Source: Candidatus Aenigmatarchaeota archaeon
GTDB taxonomy: Archaea > Aenigmatarchaeota > Aenigmatarchaeia > QMZP01 > QMZT01
Assembly: GCA_026397315.1 (NCBI GenBank)
Contig: JAPLVC010000001.1
Location: forward strand, 167,742-231,741
Direction of reading: 5' to 3'
Length of the DNA stretch: 64,000 bases
Shown: in pieces, positions 28,428 through 39,238 of the stretch
How positions within the stretch are numbered: position 1 is the stretch's first letter
Layout: each line of letters starts with the position of its first letter
Translations under genes and position numbers: made by a program
Notes under the pieces: generated by a model
Told to the model about the DNA's origin: nothing
Seen by the model: only the letters and a program-made list of their open reading frames with translations
Database searches by the model: none

Positions 28428-28682
28428 TCACTGGGTTTTTGCTTCCTGCTTCGCTTCCATGGCCTTGGCCGAGCTTATGCTAGTGTAGCCGCACTTGCCG
28501 CAGTAAAGCCTGTTCTTGTGCTTCGAGAGAAACACGCCTCCGCCGCATCTGGGGCAGAAGTTGTTCTTGCGCGTGAACGTGTCGCCCTTGAGCTCGTATT
28601 TCTTCCAGATTTTTATCGTCTCGTGCTTGCGCCCTTTGCGCACGCGCTTGCCTTTCGTCCTTACTTTCTTTTCCTTTCCCAT
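28428..28682 (-). CDS. rps27ae: 30S ribosomal protein S27ae (eS31)
   Basis: CPRCGGGVFLSKHKNRLYCGKCGYT. Confidence 0.95.
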   Translation of the reverse strand: MGKEKKVRTKGKRVRKGRKHETIKIWKKYELKGDTFTRKNNFCPRCGGGVFLSKHKNRLYCGKCGYTSISSAKAMEAKQEAKTQ

Positions 28683-28720
28683 TTATCCACCTATGAATAT
28701 TATACTAATACTTTATACTG

Positions 28721-29011
28721 CTACTCGGCCGTGAGCTCGAATTTCCCGGCGCGGAATCCCTTTTTCGTGTGCATCTTGTTGCATTGCTTGCATAACAGGC
28801 GGAGATCGACTTTTTTGGTCGGTTTGCCTTCTCCGGTCGGCTTCGGTCTGGGGAAAGAGCCGTAGCCGTCCATCTTCCGCTTGAAGCGCCTCTGCGACTG
28901 CGACAGCGGGTGCGCGCTGGAGCGGCCTTTTCTCTTCGCCTGCTTTACCAGATGTTCCGTGTGCTTCTTGCACTTGGGACAATATGTATTGACAGTTTTA
29001 GGGAATTTCAT
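28721..29011 (-). CDS. rpl44e: 50S ribosomal protein L44e (eL42)
   Basis: MKFPKTVNTYCPKCKKHTEH, KPTKKVDLRLLCKQC. Confidence 0.96.
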   Translation of the reverse strand: MKFPKTVNTYCPKCKKHTEHLVKQAKRKGRSSAHPLSQSQRRFKRKMDGYGSFPRPKPTGEGKPTKKVDLRLLCKQCNKMHTKKGFRAGKFELTAE

Positions 29012-29129
29012 GCTCGCACCTATATAACAACTTATAATACTCATGTCAATTTATAAACTTATTCGCTTCCAAGCCCGGCTTTTATGCGCACAGACAGGTT
29101 TTAAATTTCTTATCTTTTAACAGATAACC

Positions 29130-29561
29130 ATGCCTTCGATGCACTGGTTCAGACACTGGGACAAGATATTCTGGCTGTTTTTCATACTCATGTGTCTCGC
29201 TATCGCTATCGGTGGCGTGACTGGGCTGGTATCCGCCGAATTTTTCGTCGTGCTGGGCATATTCATGGTTATAATGGGCGCGGGCAAGCTAGCGTCTGAA
29301 ATAACGCACAGGAAGGTCATGAACTACCAGGACGACATCTACAAGAAGCTGCACCAGATGTCCCAGCATATCGAGAAGACATTCGAGCTGGCGAGCATGA
29401 ACAAGGAGAAAACCGAGTTCCGCATAGGCAAGCTGCACCAGAGCAGAAAGGACATGGACAAGAAGATAGACAAGAACTACCGCGACCTCGCCAGAAAAAT
29501 AATCGACGTCGAAAACAAGCTCAACAAGATGAACAGAACGTTGGGCAACAAGAGATTTTGA
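29130..29561 (+). CDS. Hypothetical protein with 2 TM helices and C-terminal coiled coil
   Basis: Hydrophobic N-half, heptad-rich C-half. Confidence 0.7.
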   Translation: MPSMHWFRHWDKIFWLFFILMCLAIAIGGVTGLVSAEFFVVLGIFMVIMGAGKLASEITHRKVMNYQDDIYKKLHQMSQHIEKTFELASMNKEKTEFRIGKLHQSRKDMDKKIDKNYRDLARKIIDVENKLNKMNRTLGNKRF

Positions 29562-29562
29562 T

Positions 29563-30510
29563 TCACTCGAATTCTATGGTTCCCGGCGGCTTGTTGGTGA
29601 TATCGTATACGACGCGATTGACTTTCTTGCCTAAGACGTTCGTTATTTTGACCGAGATTTTATCAAGCACATCATGAGGGATTTTAGAGTAGGAAGCGCT
29701 CATGCCGTCGATGCTCTCGACCGCCCGCAGGGCAATCATGTAGCCGTAGTTGCGCAGGTCGCCGTGCACTCCGACGCTTTTCACCGGCAAGAGAGCGGCG
29801 AAATACTGCCATGGCTTCGACACTTTTTTTTCGGCGAACGCTTTTTCCATCTCCCCGTCCATTATCGCGTTCGCTTCTCTCGCGATCTCGACGTTTTCTC
29901 GAGTCAGCTCGCCTATGACGCGGACTGCGAGGCCGGGACCGGGAAACGGCTGGCGCTCATGAACCTCGATGTTCAGGTGCTTCGCGACTTTCCTGACTTC
30001 GTCCTTGTAAAGGTCGCGCAGCGGCTCGACTATCTTAAGGCCCATCACTTCCGGGAGGCCGCCGACGTTGTGGTGCGATTTTATCTTGTCGCGCACGCCG
30101 CCGCCGGATTCTATCCAGTCCGGAGCTATCGTTCCTTGTATGAGATATTCCGCCTTCTCTTCGCTGGCGATGCGCTCGAACACGCGGATGAATCTCTCGC
30201 CGATTATTTTTCTCTTTTGTTCCGGCTCTGTCACGCCTTTGAGCGCTGTGAAAAACTCGTCTTCCGCTTTCACGACGCGCAGGTTGAGGCCTATGCGCTC
30301 GAGCATGCATTTGACTTCGTCGGGCTCGCCCTTGCGCATGAAGCCCGTGTCGACGAAAACCGCTATCAGGTTCTTGCCTACAGCTTCCTTAGCCAGCGCG
30401 GCCGCGACCGTCGAATCGACGCCGCCGGAGCACGCGATTATGGCTTTGCCTTTTATGCGCTCTCTCAAACGTTCGGTTTCTTCTTTGACAAATTTATCGA
30501 CGTTGAACAT
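29563..30510 (-). CDS. guaAB: GMP synthase ATP-pyrophosphatase subunit B
   Basis: SGGVDS, QGTIAPDWIES, IKSHHNVGGLP, PFPGPGL, KPPGTIEFE. Confidence 0.97.
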   Translation of the reverse strand: MFNVDKFVKEETERLRERIKGKAIIACSGGVDSTVAAALAKEAVGKNLIAVFVDTGFMRKGEPDEVKCMLERIGLNLRVVKAEDEFFTALKGVTEPEQKRKIIGERFIRVFERIASEEKAEYLIQGTIAPDWIESGGGVRDKIKSHHNVGGLPEVMGLKIVEPLRDLYKDEVRKVAKHLNIEVHERQPFPGPGLAVRVIGELTRENVEIAREANAIMDGEMEKAFAEKKVSKPWQYFAALLPVKSVGVHGDLRNYGYMIALRAVESIDGMSASYSKIPHDVLDKISVKITNVLGKKVNRVVYDITNKPPGTIEFE

Positions 30511-30519
30511 GATATCACC

Positions 30520-31113
30520 TTATTCATGCTTATGTTTCTTCTCGCTGTGCTGCCTGCATATCTCGATGAAATTCCTGAATATGTCGTCGCCGAATTCGCA
30601 GTCCTCCACTTCAGGGTGGAACTGCAGGCCAAATAAAGGTTTGGTGCGATGGTGTATGGCCTGTATCCTGCAGTTGACTGAAGAAGCGAGAATCTCGAAT
30701 TCTTTCGGCAGGTCCTTTATCTCGTCGTTGTGCGATTCCCAAGCCGTGAACTTTTGCGGCAGGTTTCTGAAGATGGGCGAGGCCTTGTGTATCTCGACTT
30801 CCATCCTGCCGAATTCCGGGATATCAGATGGCCCTGCGGAGCCGCCGTAATGCAAAGCCATGAACTGGTGGCCTACGCAGATGCCGAGTATGGGAAAATC
30901 GCCCTTGTCTATGTATTCGCCTATGTTGCCGAGCTTCGCCGATTCCCAGCCTATGCGCGCGGCGCCGCCCGAAAGAACGAGGCCGTCGACATCCTTTATT
31001 TCGTCCAGCGACGTGTCATTGACTATTATTTTTGTATCCACGCCCAAGTCGCGGAGAACGCGCCATTCCCTGTGCGTCCACTGGCTGCCGTTGTCGACGA
31101 CAAATATCTTCAT
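30520..31113 (-). CDS. guaAA: GMP synthase glutamine amidotransferase subunit A
   Basis: DNGSQWTHRE, PILGICVGHQ, QFHPEV. Confidence 0.96.
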   Translation of the reverse strand: MKIFVVDNGSQWTHREWRVLRDLGVDTKIIVNDTSLDEIKDVDGLVLSGGAARIGWESAKLGNIGEYIDKGDFPILGICVGHQFMALHYGGSAGPSDIPEFGRMEVEIHKASPIFRNLPQKFTAWESHNDEIKDLPKEFEILASSVNCRIQAIHHRTKPLFGLQFHPEVEDCEFGDDIFRNFIEICRQHSEKKHKHE

Positions 31114-31228
31114 GTTTCAAATACGCTTTTGGTAAATAAAGCTTTTATGCAACAGACAACATTAATGAAAACGTACCCGCAAAAACAAAAAGGTAAAGGT
31201 TTTTAAACTACGTTCTTGATAAAATATT

Positions 31229-32836
31229 ATGCAGAAGAAAACGAAGTTTATTGTCGTAACCGGAGGGGTTATTTCCGGTCTCGGCAAGGGGATATTCACT
31301 GCTTCTCTGGGAAAGCTGCTCCAGTCCAAGGGGTTCAACGTCGTGCCGATAAAGATTGACCCCTACATGAACGTCGATGCGGGAACCATGAACCCGATAG
31401 AGCATGGCGAAGTCTTCGTTCTTGATGACGGCGGCGAGGTGGACATGGACCTCGGGAATTATGAGCGCTTCCTTGACATTACTCTGCGCAGCGAGAACAA
31501 CATAACCACTGGAAAAATATATCACAAGGTCATAGACAAGGAACGCGAGGGCAAATACCTCGGCAAGACCGTGCAGATAATACCGCACATCACTGACGAG
31601 GTCCAGAGCTGGTTCAAGAAAGTCGCTGCTAGCTACGATGCGGACATCGTGCTCATAGAGATAGGCGGGACCGTGGGCGACATAGAGAACCTCGTTTTTC
31701 TGGAGGCATGCAGGCAACTCTCGATGAAAGACGACGTGATTTTCGTGCACTGCACCCTGGTGCCCGTGATGAACGTCGTCGGCGAGCAGAAGACGAAGCC
31801 GACGCAGCAGAGCGTGCAGAAGCTCAGGGAAATAGGCATAATGCCGGATTTCCTTTACTGCAGGTCCGCCGAGCCGCTGAAGCAGAAGATAAAGGAGAAG
31901 ATATCGCTCTTCTGCGGCATACCGGAGGGGAATGTCATATCGGGCCCGGACGTTGACAACATATACAGGGTGCCGCTCCTGCTGGAGGACGAAGGCGTAA
32001 CGAGAAAGGTCCTGGATAAACTCGGCCTGCAGGCCACCAAGAAGGACATGAAGGACTGGGAAGAGCTTGTACGTAACATCAGCTGTGCGAAGAGGACTGT
32101 GAACATAGCCATAACGGGCAAATACACTGAATTGCACGATTCTTATGTTTCAATAATGGAGTCGCTGAAATCCTCATGCGGCAACGTAGGCGTGAAAATG
32201 AACGTCAGATGGATAGAGACAACCGATATAGAAAACAAAAAAGTGAGTGCTAAAGAAGCGTTAGAAGGCATAGACGGCATCATCGTCCCTGGCGGCTTCG
32301 GCCCGCGTGGCACGGAGGGAAAGATAGAGTGCATACGCTACGCCAGGGAAAACAACATTCCCTTCCTCGGCCTTTGCTACGGCTTCCAGCTGGCGACCAT
32401 TGAATTCGCCAGGAATGTGTGCGGCATGAAAGATGCGAATTCAACCGAGATAAACGAGAAGACGCAGCATCCTGTCATAGACCTGCTACCTGAACAGAGG
32501 AAGATTTACAAGAAAGGCGGCACCATGCGTCTGGGCGGCCACGACGTCATAATCAAGAGCGGAACTAAAGCGCATAAAATCTACGGGGCGCTCAAGGTAA
32601 GGGAGCGCTTCCGCCATCGATGGGAGTTCGTTCCGAACTACAAGGAAAAGATAGAATGCAAAGGCATCGTTTTCTCCGGCCACGACTCATCCGGCGAGAT
32701 AATGCAGATACTGGAACTGCCTGGCCACCGCTTCTTCATGGCTTCCCAGTTCCACCCGGAATTCACCACGCGCGTGCTGAAGCCGAACCCGCTGTTTCTC
32801 AACTTCATAAAGGCTTCAGCGGGCAAAGAACAATGA
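31229..32836 (+). CDS. pyrG: CTP synthase
   Basis: [40 protein letters not shown]. Confidence 0.98.
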   Translation: MQKKTKFIVVTGGVISGLGKGIFTASLGKLLQSKGFNVVPIKIDPYMNVDAGTMNPIEHGEVFVLDDGGEVDMDLGNYERFLDITLRSENNITTGKIYHKVIDKEREGKYLGKTVQIIPHITDEVQSWFKKVAASYDADIVLIEIGGTVGDIENLVFLEACRQLSMKDDVIFVHCTLVPVMNVVGEQKTKPTQQSVQKLREIGIMPDFLYCRSAEPLKQKIKEKISLFCGIPEGNVISGPDVDNIYRVPLLLEDEGVTRKVLDKLGLQATKKDMKDWEELVRNISCAKRTVNIAITGKYTELHDSYVSIMESLKSSCGNVGVKMNVRWIETTDIENKKVSAKEALEGIDGIIVPGGFGPRGTEGKIECIRYARENNIPFLGLCYGFQLATIEFARNVCGMKDANSTEINEKTQHPVIDLLPEQRKIYKKGGTMRLGGHDVIIKSGTKAHKIYGALKVRERFRHRWEFVPNYKEKIECKGIVFSGHDSSGEIMQILELPGHRFFMASQFHPEFTTRVLKPNPLFLNFIKASAGKEQ

Positions 32837-32884
32837 AAGTTTAAATTTACACAATCCAAAGTTCTGTATTGTCCCGGTGGGAAT

Positions 32885-34336
32885 TTGAAATCTGACCTGA
32901 CAAAAAAAGAAGCTTGCGGAGTTTTTGGCGTACGTTCCTTTGACGAACAGAATGTTTCCAGGATTATTTACAACGGGCTCATTTCTCTCCAGCACAGAGG
33001 TCAGGAAGCATGCGGCATCGCTACTTTAAACGAAAATCAAATACATGTGCAAAAGTCGCTGGGCCTCGTATCCACTTCATATTCGGACAGGGCTCTTTCC
33101 GAACTCGAGGGCAGAATAGGCATAGGCCACGTGCGCTATTCGACTGTAGGTACGTCGACCGTTACGGACGCGCAGCCATTCAAGATAGGATATCCCAGGA
33201 ATGGCATTGTCCTCGCTCACAACGGCAACCTTGTCAATTACGTAGAAATGAGGAACGAGTTGCTGAAGAATGGCAGAAACCTCGAATCGACGTGCGACGC
33301 GGAGATAATCGCGCACAAGGTCGCTGACGAGCTGATAAGAACGAAGGACATCGAGAAGGCTGTTTATAATTATATGGAAGCTGCTGAAGGCTCGTATTCG
33401 ACCGGCATGTTCACAGGCGAGCGCGAGCTCATCGCCTTCCGCGACCCGAACGGCATAAGGCCGTTCAGCTTCGGCGTGAACGATAAGGCGGCGATGCTTT
33501 CTTCGGAGAGCGTTGCGATAAACGTCAACGGAATCGAGAATGTTCAGGACGTAAAGCCCGGCGAAATGATAATTTTTCACGAAGACGGCAAGACCGAGAG
33601 AAAATGCATCATGAAGGGTGAGGGCAAACACTGCATGTTCGAATATGTTTATTTTTCCAGGCCCGACAGCACGATAGAGGGCAGGAGCGTTTACGACGTG
33701 AGGATAGAGCTGGGCAAGAACCTGGCCAAAGAGTACGCTTCAAACGCGGACATAATAGTTCCGGTTCCGGACACGTCGCGTTCTGCTGCAGAAGGGATTG
33801 CCAGGCAAACTGGCATACACGTTGCCGAGGGTCTTATGAAGAACCGCTACGTGCACCGCACTTTCATCATGCCTGAGCAGAAGACGCGCTCGCTCATGGT
33901 GGAAATGAAACTGAACCCCATAAGGTCGATACTCAAGGACAAGCACATCATACTCGTCGACGATTCAATCGTGCGCGGGACCACCATGGAGAAGATAGTG
34001 AGCATGGTCCGCAAGGCAGGCGCGAAGAAAATAGACCTTTTCATCACGTGCCCGCCGGTGATTTCTCCGTGTTTTTACGGTGTTGATATAGCGACGCACA
34101 ATGAACTGATTGCAGCGAATCATTCGATTGCGGAAATACAGAAGAAGCTCAACGTCGACAAGCTGTGCTACCAGAGCATGGATGGCCTCGTAAAATCGAT
34201 AGGCCTTGGTAACAACATATGCAAAGCCTGCCTGACGGGCGAATACCCGACGTGCAAGGCCCAGAAAATTGCGGACAAGATGAAGACGCAGAAGTCGCTC
34301 ACACACAAGAGATACTACGAGATGGATCACTGCTAA
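32885..34336 (+). CDS. purF: Amidophosphoribosyltransferase (propeptide and Fe-S type)
   Basis: EA-CGVFG, LQHRGQE, HVRYST, PRPP motif VDDSIVRGTT, CKAC; TTG start. Confidence 0.96.
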   Translation: MKSDLTKKEACGVFGVRSFDEQNVSRIIYNGLISLQHRGQEACGIATLNENQIHVQKSLGLVSTSYSDRALSELEGRIGIGHVRYSTVGTSTVTDAQPFKIGYPRNGIVLAHNGNLVNYVEMRNELLKNGRNLESTCDAEIIAHKVADELIRTKDIEKAVYNYMEAAEGSYSTGMFTGERELIAFRDPNGIRPFSFGVNDKAAMLSSESVAINVNGIENVQDVKPGEMIIFHEDGKTERKCIMKGEGKHCMFEYVYFSRPDSTIEGRSVYDVRIELGKNLAKEYASNADIIVPVPDTSRSAAEGIARQTGIHVAEGLMKNRYVHRTFIMPEQKTRSLMVEMKLNPIRSILKDKHIILVDDSIVRGTTMEKIVSMVRKAGAKKIDLFITCPPVISPCFYGVDIATHNELIAANHSIAEIQKKLNVDKLCYQSMDGLVKSIGLGNNICKACLTGEYPTCKAQKIADKMKTQKSLTHKRYYEMDHC

Positions 34337-34342
34337 TGATGT

Positions 34343-35017
34343 TTACTCTTTCTCTTCGGCGTATTCGCTGTTGAGCAACTCCCAGATTTTGTTCGCTTTT
34401 ACCTCTCCGATGCCCTCGACTTTCATGAGTTTTTTCCGGTCGGCCGAGAAAACGCGCCTGGGCGTCTTGAATTTCTTTAGCAGGTTCCTGCCCAGTTTTG
34501 TGTTTATGTCGGGCAGGCCGGCAACGAGAAATTCCTGGTGGTCGCTTGTTGTTTTTTTCTTCTCCGGGCAGCGAACCGCGACAGAACGCTTTTCGTCAGA
34601 CTGCTCCCTGCGGGCTATCCAGTATATCTGCTCCGCCGTCTCTCTAGCGTCGCTGGTCCAGATTATGGGAATATGATGGTCTATCGCTATCGAAGCGAGT
34701 GCGCCTCTTATGGCGTTGGGATGGACGTCGCGGTCCGAGAACAGCCTCGAGACGTCACCCTCGACAATGAGCACGGGCTTTTCAAAACATTCTTTCATCT
34801 CCGCGACCTGCCTGAAAATCCTGCGGTCTATCATCGACTGGACGAAATCGCTCACAGTCTTCCTCTCGACAACGACCCTGTCCGAGCAGATGAAGTCGCC
34901 CGTCTTCAGCTGTTCGCATGTGAGCTCCGCGTCGGTGTCCTTGAGATGCAAGAAAACGTGGTTCTTCGTCTCCCTGTGATCAACAAATATTTTTATTTTC
35001 GGTTGTGCCTCTGCCAT
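34343..35017 (-). CDS. xpf: XPF/ERCC4 structure-specific nuclease, short form (nuclease + HhH2, no helicase)
   Basis: VDHRE, GDF...VERKTVSDF, LIVEG, KVEGIGEVKA. Confidence 0.92.
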   Translation of the reverse strand: MAEAQPKIKIFVDHRETKNHVFLHLKDTDAELTCEQLKTGDFICSDRVVVERKTVSDFVQSMIDRRIFRQVAEMKECFEKPVLIVEGDVSRLFSDRDVHPNAIRGALASIAIDHHIPIIWTSDARETAEQIYWIARREQSDEKRSVAVRCPEKKKTTSDHQEFLVAGLPDINTKLGRNLLKKFKTPRRVFSADRKKLMKVEGIGEVKANKIWELLNSEYAEEKE

Positions 35018-35110
35018 AAAGAATAATTGCAGTCAAATAATATATTTGACTCGCTTCCCTGCAGCAGCATTTTGATAAGTTTTTATACGGGCGGGCCGGA
35101 ATTATATAAT

Positions 35111-35704
35111 ATGAGTATCAAAAACACAATAGGCAAAAGGAAGGGAGCCATAGAGTTGAGCTTGGGGTTCATCGTGACTGTCGTCTTCGCAGTCGTTCTT
35201 CTGAGCCTTGCAATAGTATGGTTAAGAGGCATGTTCGCCAACATCGACGTCGTTGCAGTGGACTTGACGACACAAGCACAGGAAGAAATAGGCAAGACCT
35301 TCAGTGAAACGACTTCGAATTTCGCGGTAAGGCCCGCGAGACCGGACGTCACGAGAGGGACGTCACTGAAAGTCCAGGCTGGTATCAAAAACAACGACCC
35401 GAGCGGAAAAACGCTTAGATACGTGGTAAACATAAAGGCTGGTAACACAAACACACAAGTCACCAAAGAAGAGATGACAAAGTGGATCACACAGACCACG
35501 GAAACCGCGGCTGGCCCGAATCAAATCGCTTACAGGGACGTCGTAATAACGATACCACAGAGCGCAGAAACAGGCGCGTACATGTTCGACGTTTTCGCAT
35601 GCGCTTCGGAAACATCGGGCTTGGACCCGGCAACCTGTGACACGACCAGCAACAACCTATGGGGAGTGCCTCAGACTCTCACGGTTAATGTGAAGTCCAG
35701 CTAA
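35111..35704 (+). CDS. Type IV pilin-like protein (class III signal peptide)
   Basis: KRKG/AIELSLGFIVTVVFAVVLL; ATG 35111. Confidence 0.8.
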   Translation: MSIKNTIGKRKGAIELSLGFIVTVVFAVVLLSLAIVWLRGMFANIDVVAVDLTTQAQEEIGKTFSETTSNFAVRPARPDVTRGTSLKVQAGIKNNDPSGKTLRYVVNIKAGNTNTQVTKEEMTKWITQTTETAAGPNQIAYRDVVITIPQSAETGAYMFDVFACASETSGLDPATCDTTSNNLWGVPQTLTVNVKSS

Positions 35705-35737
35705 ACCATTTATTCTCCCCCTTTACATTATTTAATA

Positions 35738-36211
35738 ATGGACGTGTCCCTGGTTTTCGGCATAATATTCGCATCTATAGTCATGGGTCTGATTGTTTTT
35801 TTCGGCTACAACTACATAAATCAGATGATGATGCTGAGCTGCCAGTCGCAACTGGGCCAGCAGATTGAAAAGATGGATAGCACGATAAAGTCGACTCTTA
35901 CGCTCTCGAAGGGCTCTGCCCAGGAATTCGACATACTGCTGCAGAGCAATTGCGTCACTAAGATATGTTTCGTGGACCCTGAGCAGGCTTCGATAGAGAA
36001 CGAGGCCGGCGGCTGGATGCCCGACGAGTTCACCGCATATTTCGCCTCGCGCAACAAGTTTAACGTCATCATATTCAAGCCGGACAATGGGATGGACGGC
36101 TATGAAATAGCTAAGCTGAAGCCCTCCGCCAACTTCTGCCTGACATCTTCGAAAAAGGTGATTTTCAGGAACACGGGCGTGCTGGTCGACGTCGGCCCGC
36201 CAAATGCTTAG
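35738..36211 (+). CDS. Pilin-like protein with N-terminal hydrophobic helix, no basic leader
   Basis: MDVSLVFGIIFASIVMGLIVFFG; Cys-containing globular part; within the pilin array. Confidence 0.6.
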   Translation: MDVSLVFGIIFASIVMGLIVFFGYNYINQMMMLSCQSQLGQQIEKMDSTIKSTLTLSKGSAQEFDILLQSNCVTKICFVDPEQASIENEAGGWMPDEFTAYFASRNKFNVIIFKPDNGMDGYEIAKLKPSANFCLTSSKKVIFRNTGVLVDVGPPNA

Positions 36212-36229
36212 CGGATCCGTGGTGCGCAA

Positions 36230-37285
36230 ATGTTAAGCGTCTTCGATATTTTCAAAATAATTCTCGGGATAATAATATCGGTATTTATCATATTCGTCGT
36301 CATGAAATTCGTCGGCTCATACATGGAAATCGGCGAGTCGGGCAGACAGGTCTCTTTGATGGTCAACTTCAAGAAAACGGTCGAGAACGTCTACACCACG
36401 GGTATATCAACCGACTTCGAACTCAAGGAGAGCGAAATTCTCGATTACAGGCCGCCGTTAATCGAGACCGAGAGCACGGTCATTGACACCAGTCCCACGC
36501 CAACGTTGCTGCTGCCAGGCAAAAAGCTCTCGGTTGGTAGGGTTGATTACGAAATTGGGTGGTGGAAGTTCTATGTCATAGAGGCGCTGCCTGACACGAA
36601 AATAATATTTGTCGTTCCGGAGGCGGACGAGACGACGTGGGCCCTGGTGGGCAACATCACTAAGGCGCTTCCGTCGACTGAGAACACTGAAACCAAGGTC
36701 TGGTTCGGCGTTGGATGCACCAACAAGACTGCCCCGAATTTCGGATGGGAAGGAAAAAAATTCACGGACAGCATTATTCCGGGCATAATATCCATCAAAA
36801 AGGAATTCGAGCTCTGCGAAAATGCGGCATACTGGAAAGAAAAAGACTATAAGCTGGTCACCATAACGCAGACGCCGGGTGAAGAAGATTTCGTTGTAAA
36901 GCCCGGCGATAACGGCATAGGCCACGTTTACATAAAGACAGACGATGGCTACAGCGATTACATTTACAGGAACAACATCGACATCGCGGCTTTGCTGCTG
37001 GGCGGGCAGATATTTTACAGGTACATGAGCGGGAAATTCCTGAGCGAGCTTGACGTCGCCGCCAGCGTCGCGCAGAAGGAGTATGGCCTTCTGATGACTA
37101 ACACGGAAATAGCCAGGCGATGCAGCAAAGACGTCAGCGACTTCCTGGCGATTCTGGACGCGATAAGAGAAACGATACCTAAGGTCAAGGACGGCCAGAA
37201 CGAGGAGTTAATCGCGGAATTTGCCGGGTATCTGGGGGATTCGCGGGCGAAGTTCAGGCAACTCGAGAGTGAGGGATGCGCATGA
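36230..37285 (+). CDS. Large pilin-like/membrane-anchored protein
   Basis: N-terminal TM FDIFKIILGIIISVFIIFVV; overlaps the next pilin gene. Confidence 0.55.
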   Translation: MLSVFDIFKIILGIIISVFIIFVVMKFVGSYMEIGESGRQVSLMVNFKKTVENVYTTGISTDFELKESEILDYRPPLIETESTVIDTSPTPTLLLPGKKLSVGRVDYEIGWWKFYVIEALPDTKIIFVVPEADETTWALVGNITKALPSTENTETKVWFGVGCTNKTAPNFGWEGKKFTDSIIPGIISIKKEFELCENAAYWKEKDYKLVTITQTPGEEDFVVKPGDNGIGHVYIKTDDGYSDYIYRNNIDIAALLLGGQIFYRYMSGKFLSELDVAASVAQKEYGLLMTNTEIARRCSKDVSDFLAILDAIRETIPKVKDGQNEELIAEFAGYLGDSRAKFRQLESEGCA

Positions 37286-37764
37286 AAACGAAGGGACAGA
37301 TGCACATGATGGAATACGTGCTGCTCAGCTTTTTCGTCCTGCTCATAATAGTCGTCGTCACTTTTTTCCTCACTGGATGGCAGATAAGCTCGACGCGCTC
37401 GGAGCGCAGGGAAGTCGAATACCAGAAAGCGGAATTCCTGCTGCGCACGATAGCCAACTCGCCGTACATAAACAGGAATACGTACAAGGAAGGCTCGATG
37501 CTTGAGGACTCTAAGCTCACGTCGATAACGTGCGAAGAGTTCCAAACGCTTTACGGCACCGGCTGGTATGCCGAAATCGAAATTCCCGGTTTCAACGATG
37601 CCTGCCTGCCTGACGTCTATCCGTTGTGTGGCAGCTGGAGCTACTGCAAAGACGAAAGTAAAGAAGCGATGATATTCGACATACCAGTGAACATATACAG
37701 GAAGATGACTGGCGCAGTCGACGCAGGATTCCTGAGGGTAGGAGTGTATATAAATGCGAATTAA
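37276..37764 (+). CDS. Type IV pilin-like protein (class III signal peptide)
   Basis: KTKG/QMHMMEYVLLSFFVLLIIVVV. Confidence 0.8.
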   Translation: MRMKTKGQMHMMEYVLLSFFVLLIIVVVTFFLTGWQISSTRSERREVEYQKAEFLLRTIANSPYINRNTYKEGSMLEDSKLTSITCEEFQTLYGTGWYAEIEIPGFNDACLPDVYPLCGSWSYCKDESKEAMIFDIPVNIYRKMTGAVDAGFLRVGVYINAN

Positions 37765-38257
37765 TGAGTATCAGAACTGCACCAGGAAAGGCCAGACGAG
37801 CATAATGCTCATAGTCCTCGTAGTCGTAATATTCTTCGTCATAGGTATATTCCTCCTTGTCTCGTCCATAAAGCCCGTTAACAACGAATATTACAACCTC
37901 TATGCACACAATCTGCTGCTTTCGGTTCTCAGGAGCAACACCGGATACGGAGGATACTGCGACACGTATTCGGCAACGATTTCATGCGCCTACATGACTT
38001 CTTACAGGAAGTGCGGCGGCGTTGAATGCAGCAACCTTTCGGCGGAAATAGTACCTCAACTCATAGAGCGCCTGATAAAGCCCAGCATGGATTACTGTAT
38101 GATAATCGAGCCTGAAAACGGCACCTTTGGCAGCCAGATTGTTTACGGGCCGCGGTGCGACGTGGTCATGGGAAAGAAGTCCGTGTGGACGGCCAACGAG
38201 AAGATTCTGCAGTACGGGGCGAACCTCAACATCCGCATGACGATAGCCGAGACGTAG
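37754..38257 (+). CDS. Type IV pilin-like protein (class III signal peptide), Cys-rich
   Basis: TRKG/QTSIMLIVLVVVIFFVIG. Confidence 0.78.
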   Translation: MRINEYQNCTRKGQTSIMLIVLVVVIFFVIGIFLLVSSIKPVNNEYYNLYAHNLLLSVLRSNTGYGGYCDTYSATISCAYMTSYRKCGGVECSNLSAEIVPQLIERLIKPSMDYCMIIEPENGTFGSQIVYGPRCDVVMGKKSVWTANEKILQYGANLNIRMTIAET

Positions 38258-38318
38258 ACAGCAAAACTCTTAGGACAATAGCCCAATAAAAATCTTTTTG
38301 TCAATTTTTTATAATATT

Positions 38319-39215
38319 ATGAAAGATGTACCCGACGGTATGGCCACGACATCCGATGTGGCAAACTATCTTGGCATTTCCCCAACAACTGTCAGAAGAT
38401 ACTTGACTCCAGCAGATAAACTTGGTAATAGTAATGTGTACAAATGGAGCGACGTCAAAAAGCTAGAAATTGAGATGGGCCACACATCGGATGCTACAGA
38501 AGCTCTTTCGCCTGAAAATATTGGAATTGATACAGGGTCTTTTGACGCAAGCGCCGTTTTATACGATGCATTGAACCGGCTATCAAAAAACATCAGAAGA
38601 GTCACTCGGGAGAGAAACGGGCTAAAAGTCGAAGCCGCCCTTGGCCCTAATGGCAAGTACACTGGAGATAACGTGGTAGAAGGCGTGACCCATGTCACCA
38701 GATATAGAAGAAGTGTTGAATCTGCAGAACTTTTTAAATACATCCCGTTGGAAGATTTGGTCAAAAAGAGAGTGTTCACTCCTTCTTATGACATGAAAAA
38801 ACTGCGCAAAATAGGACCAAACCTTGTTTCTAGAGTTGTCATAGCAACGCTGAAAGACATTGAAAAATATTGCAAAGAAAATGGTATAGAAATTGAAAAA
38901 ATTGGCAGGAAAAAACTGGCAACCTTGACCAGCGACTTTAGAAAGAAAACAAAGACAAAAATACCGCCAGTAATACTCAAAGAAATGATAGAAGACCGTC
39001 ACTATGGAAAGATCAGTGCCGGTGCTGTAAGGGACTATGCTACTGATATTCTGAAAAGTTGCATCAAAAAGACACCATACACGAGAGAACTTAAAGTAAG
39101 ACTCACGGCTGAATACAGAAACTCTGTGCAAAAAATCATAGAAGAAGTTGAAAATAATGCTACGAAACAAACTGAAAGCGAGATAAACAGACTTTTCGGC
39201 ATAGATGATATTTAA
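38319..39215 (+). CDS. Putative DNA-binding protein with N-terminal MerR/excisionase-like HTH
   Basis: TTSDVANYLGISPTTVRRY...YKWSDV; basic, AT-rich gene. Confidence 0.65.
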   Translation: MKDVPDGMATTSDVANYLGISPTTVRRYLTPADKLGNSNVYKWSDVKKLEIEMGHTSDATEALSPENIGIDTGSFDASAVLYDALNRLSKNIRRVTRERNGLKVEAALGPNGKYTGDNVVEGVTHVTRYRRSVESAELFKYIPLEDLVKKRVFTPSYDMKKLRKIGPNLVSRVVIATLKDIEKYCKENGIEIEKIGRKKLATLTSDFRKKTKTKIPPVILKEMIEDRHYGKISAGAVRDYATDILKSCIKKTPYTRELKVRLTAEYRNSVQKIIEEVENNATKQTESEINRLFGIDDI

Positions 39216-39238
39216 AACGCGGCCCGACTATTTCTCAT

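Noticed and set aside
28336-28431. N-terminal extensions in the ORF track for fbp (also rpl44e, glmS, rpl6 and the first pilin)
   Set aside because: Conserved N-termini and SD or TATA positions support the downstream ATG starts used here.
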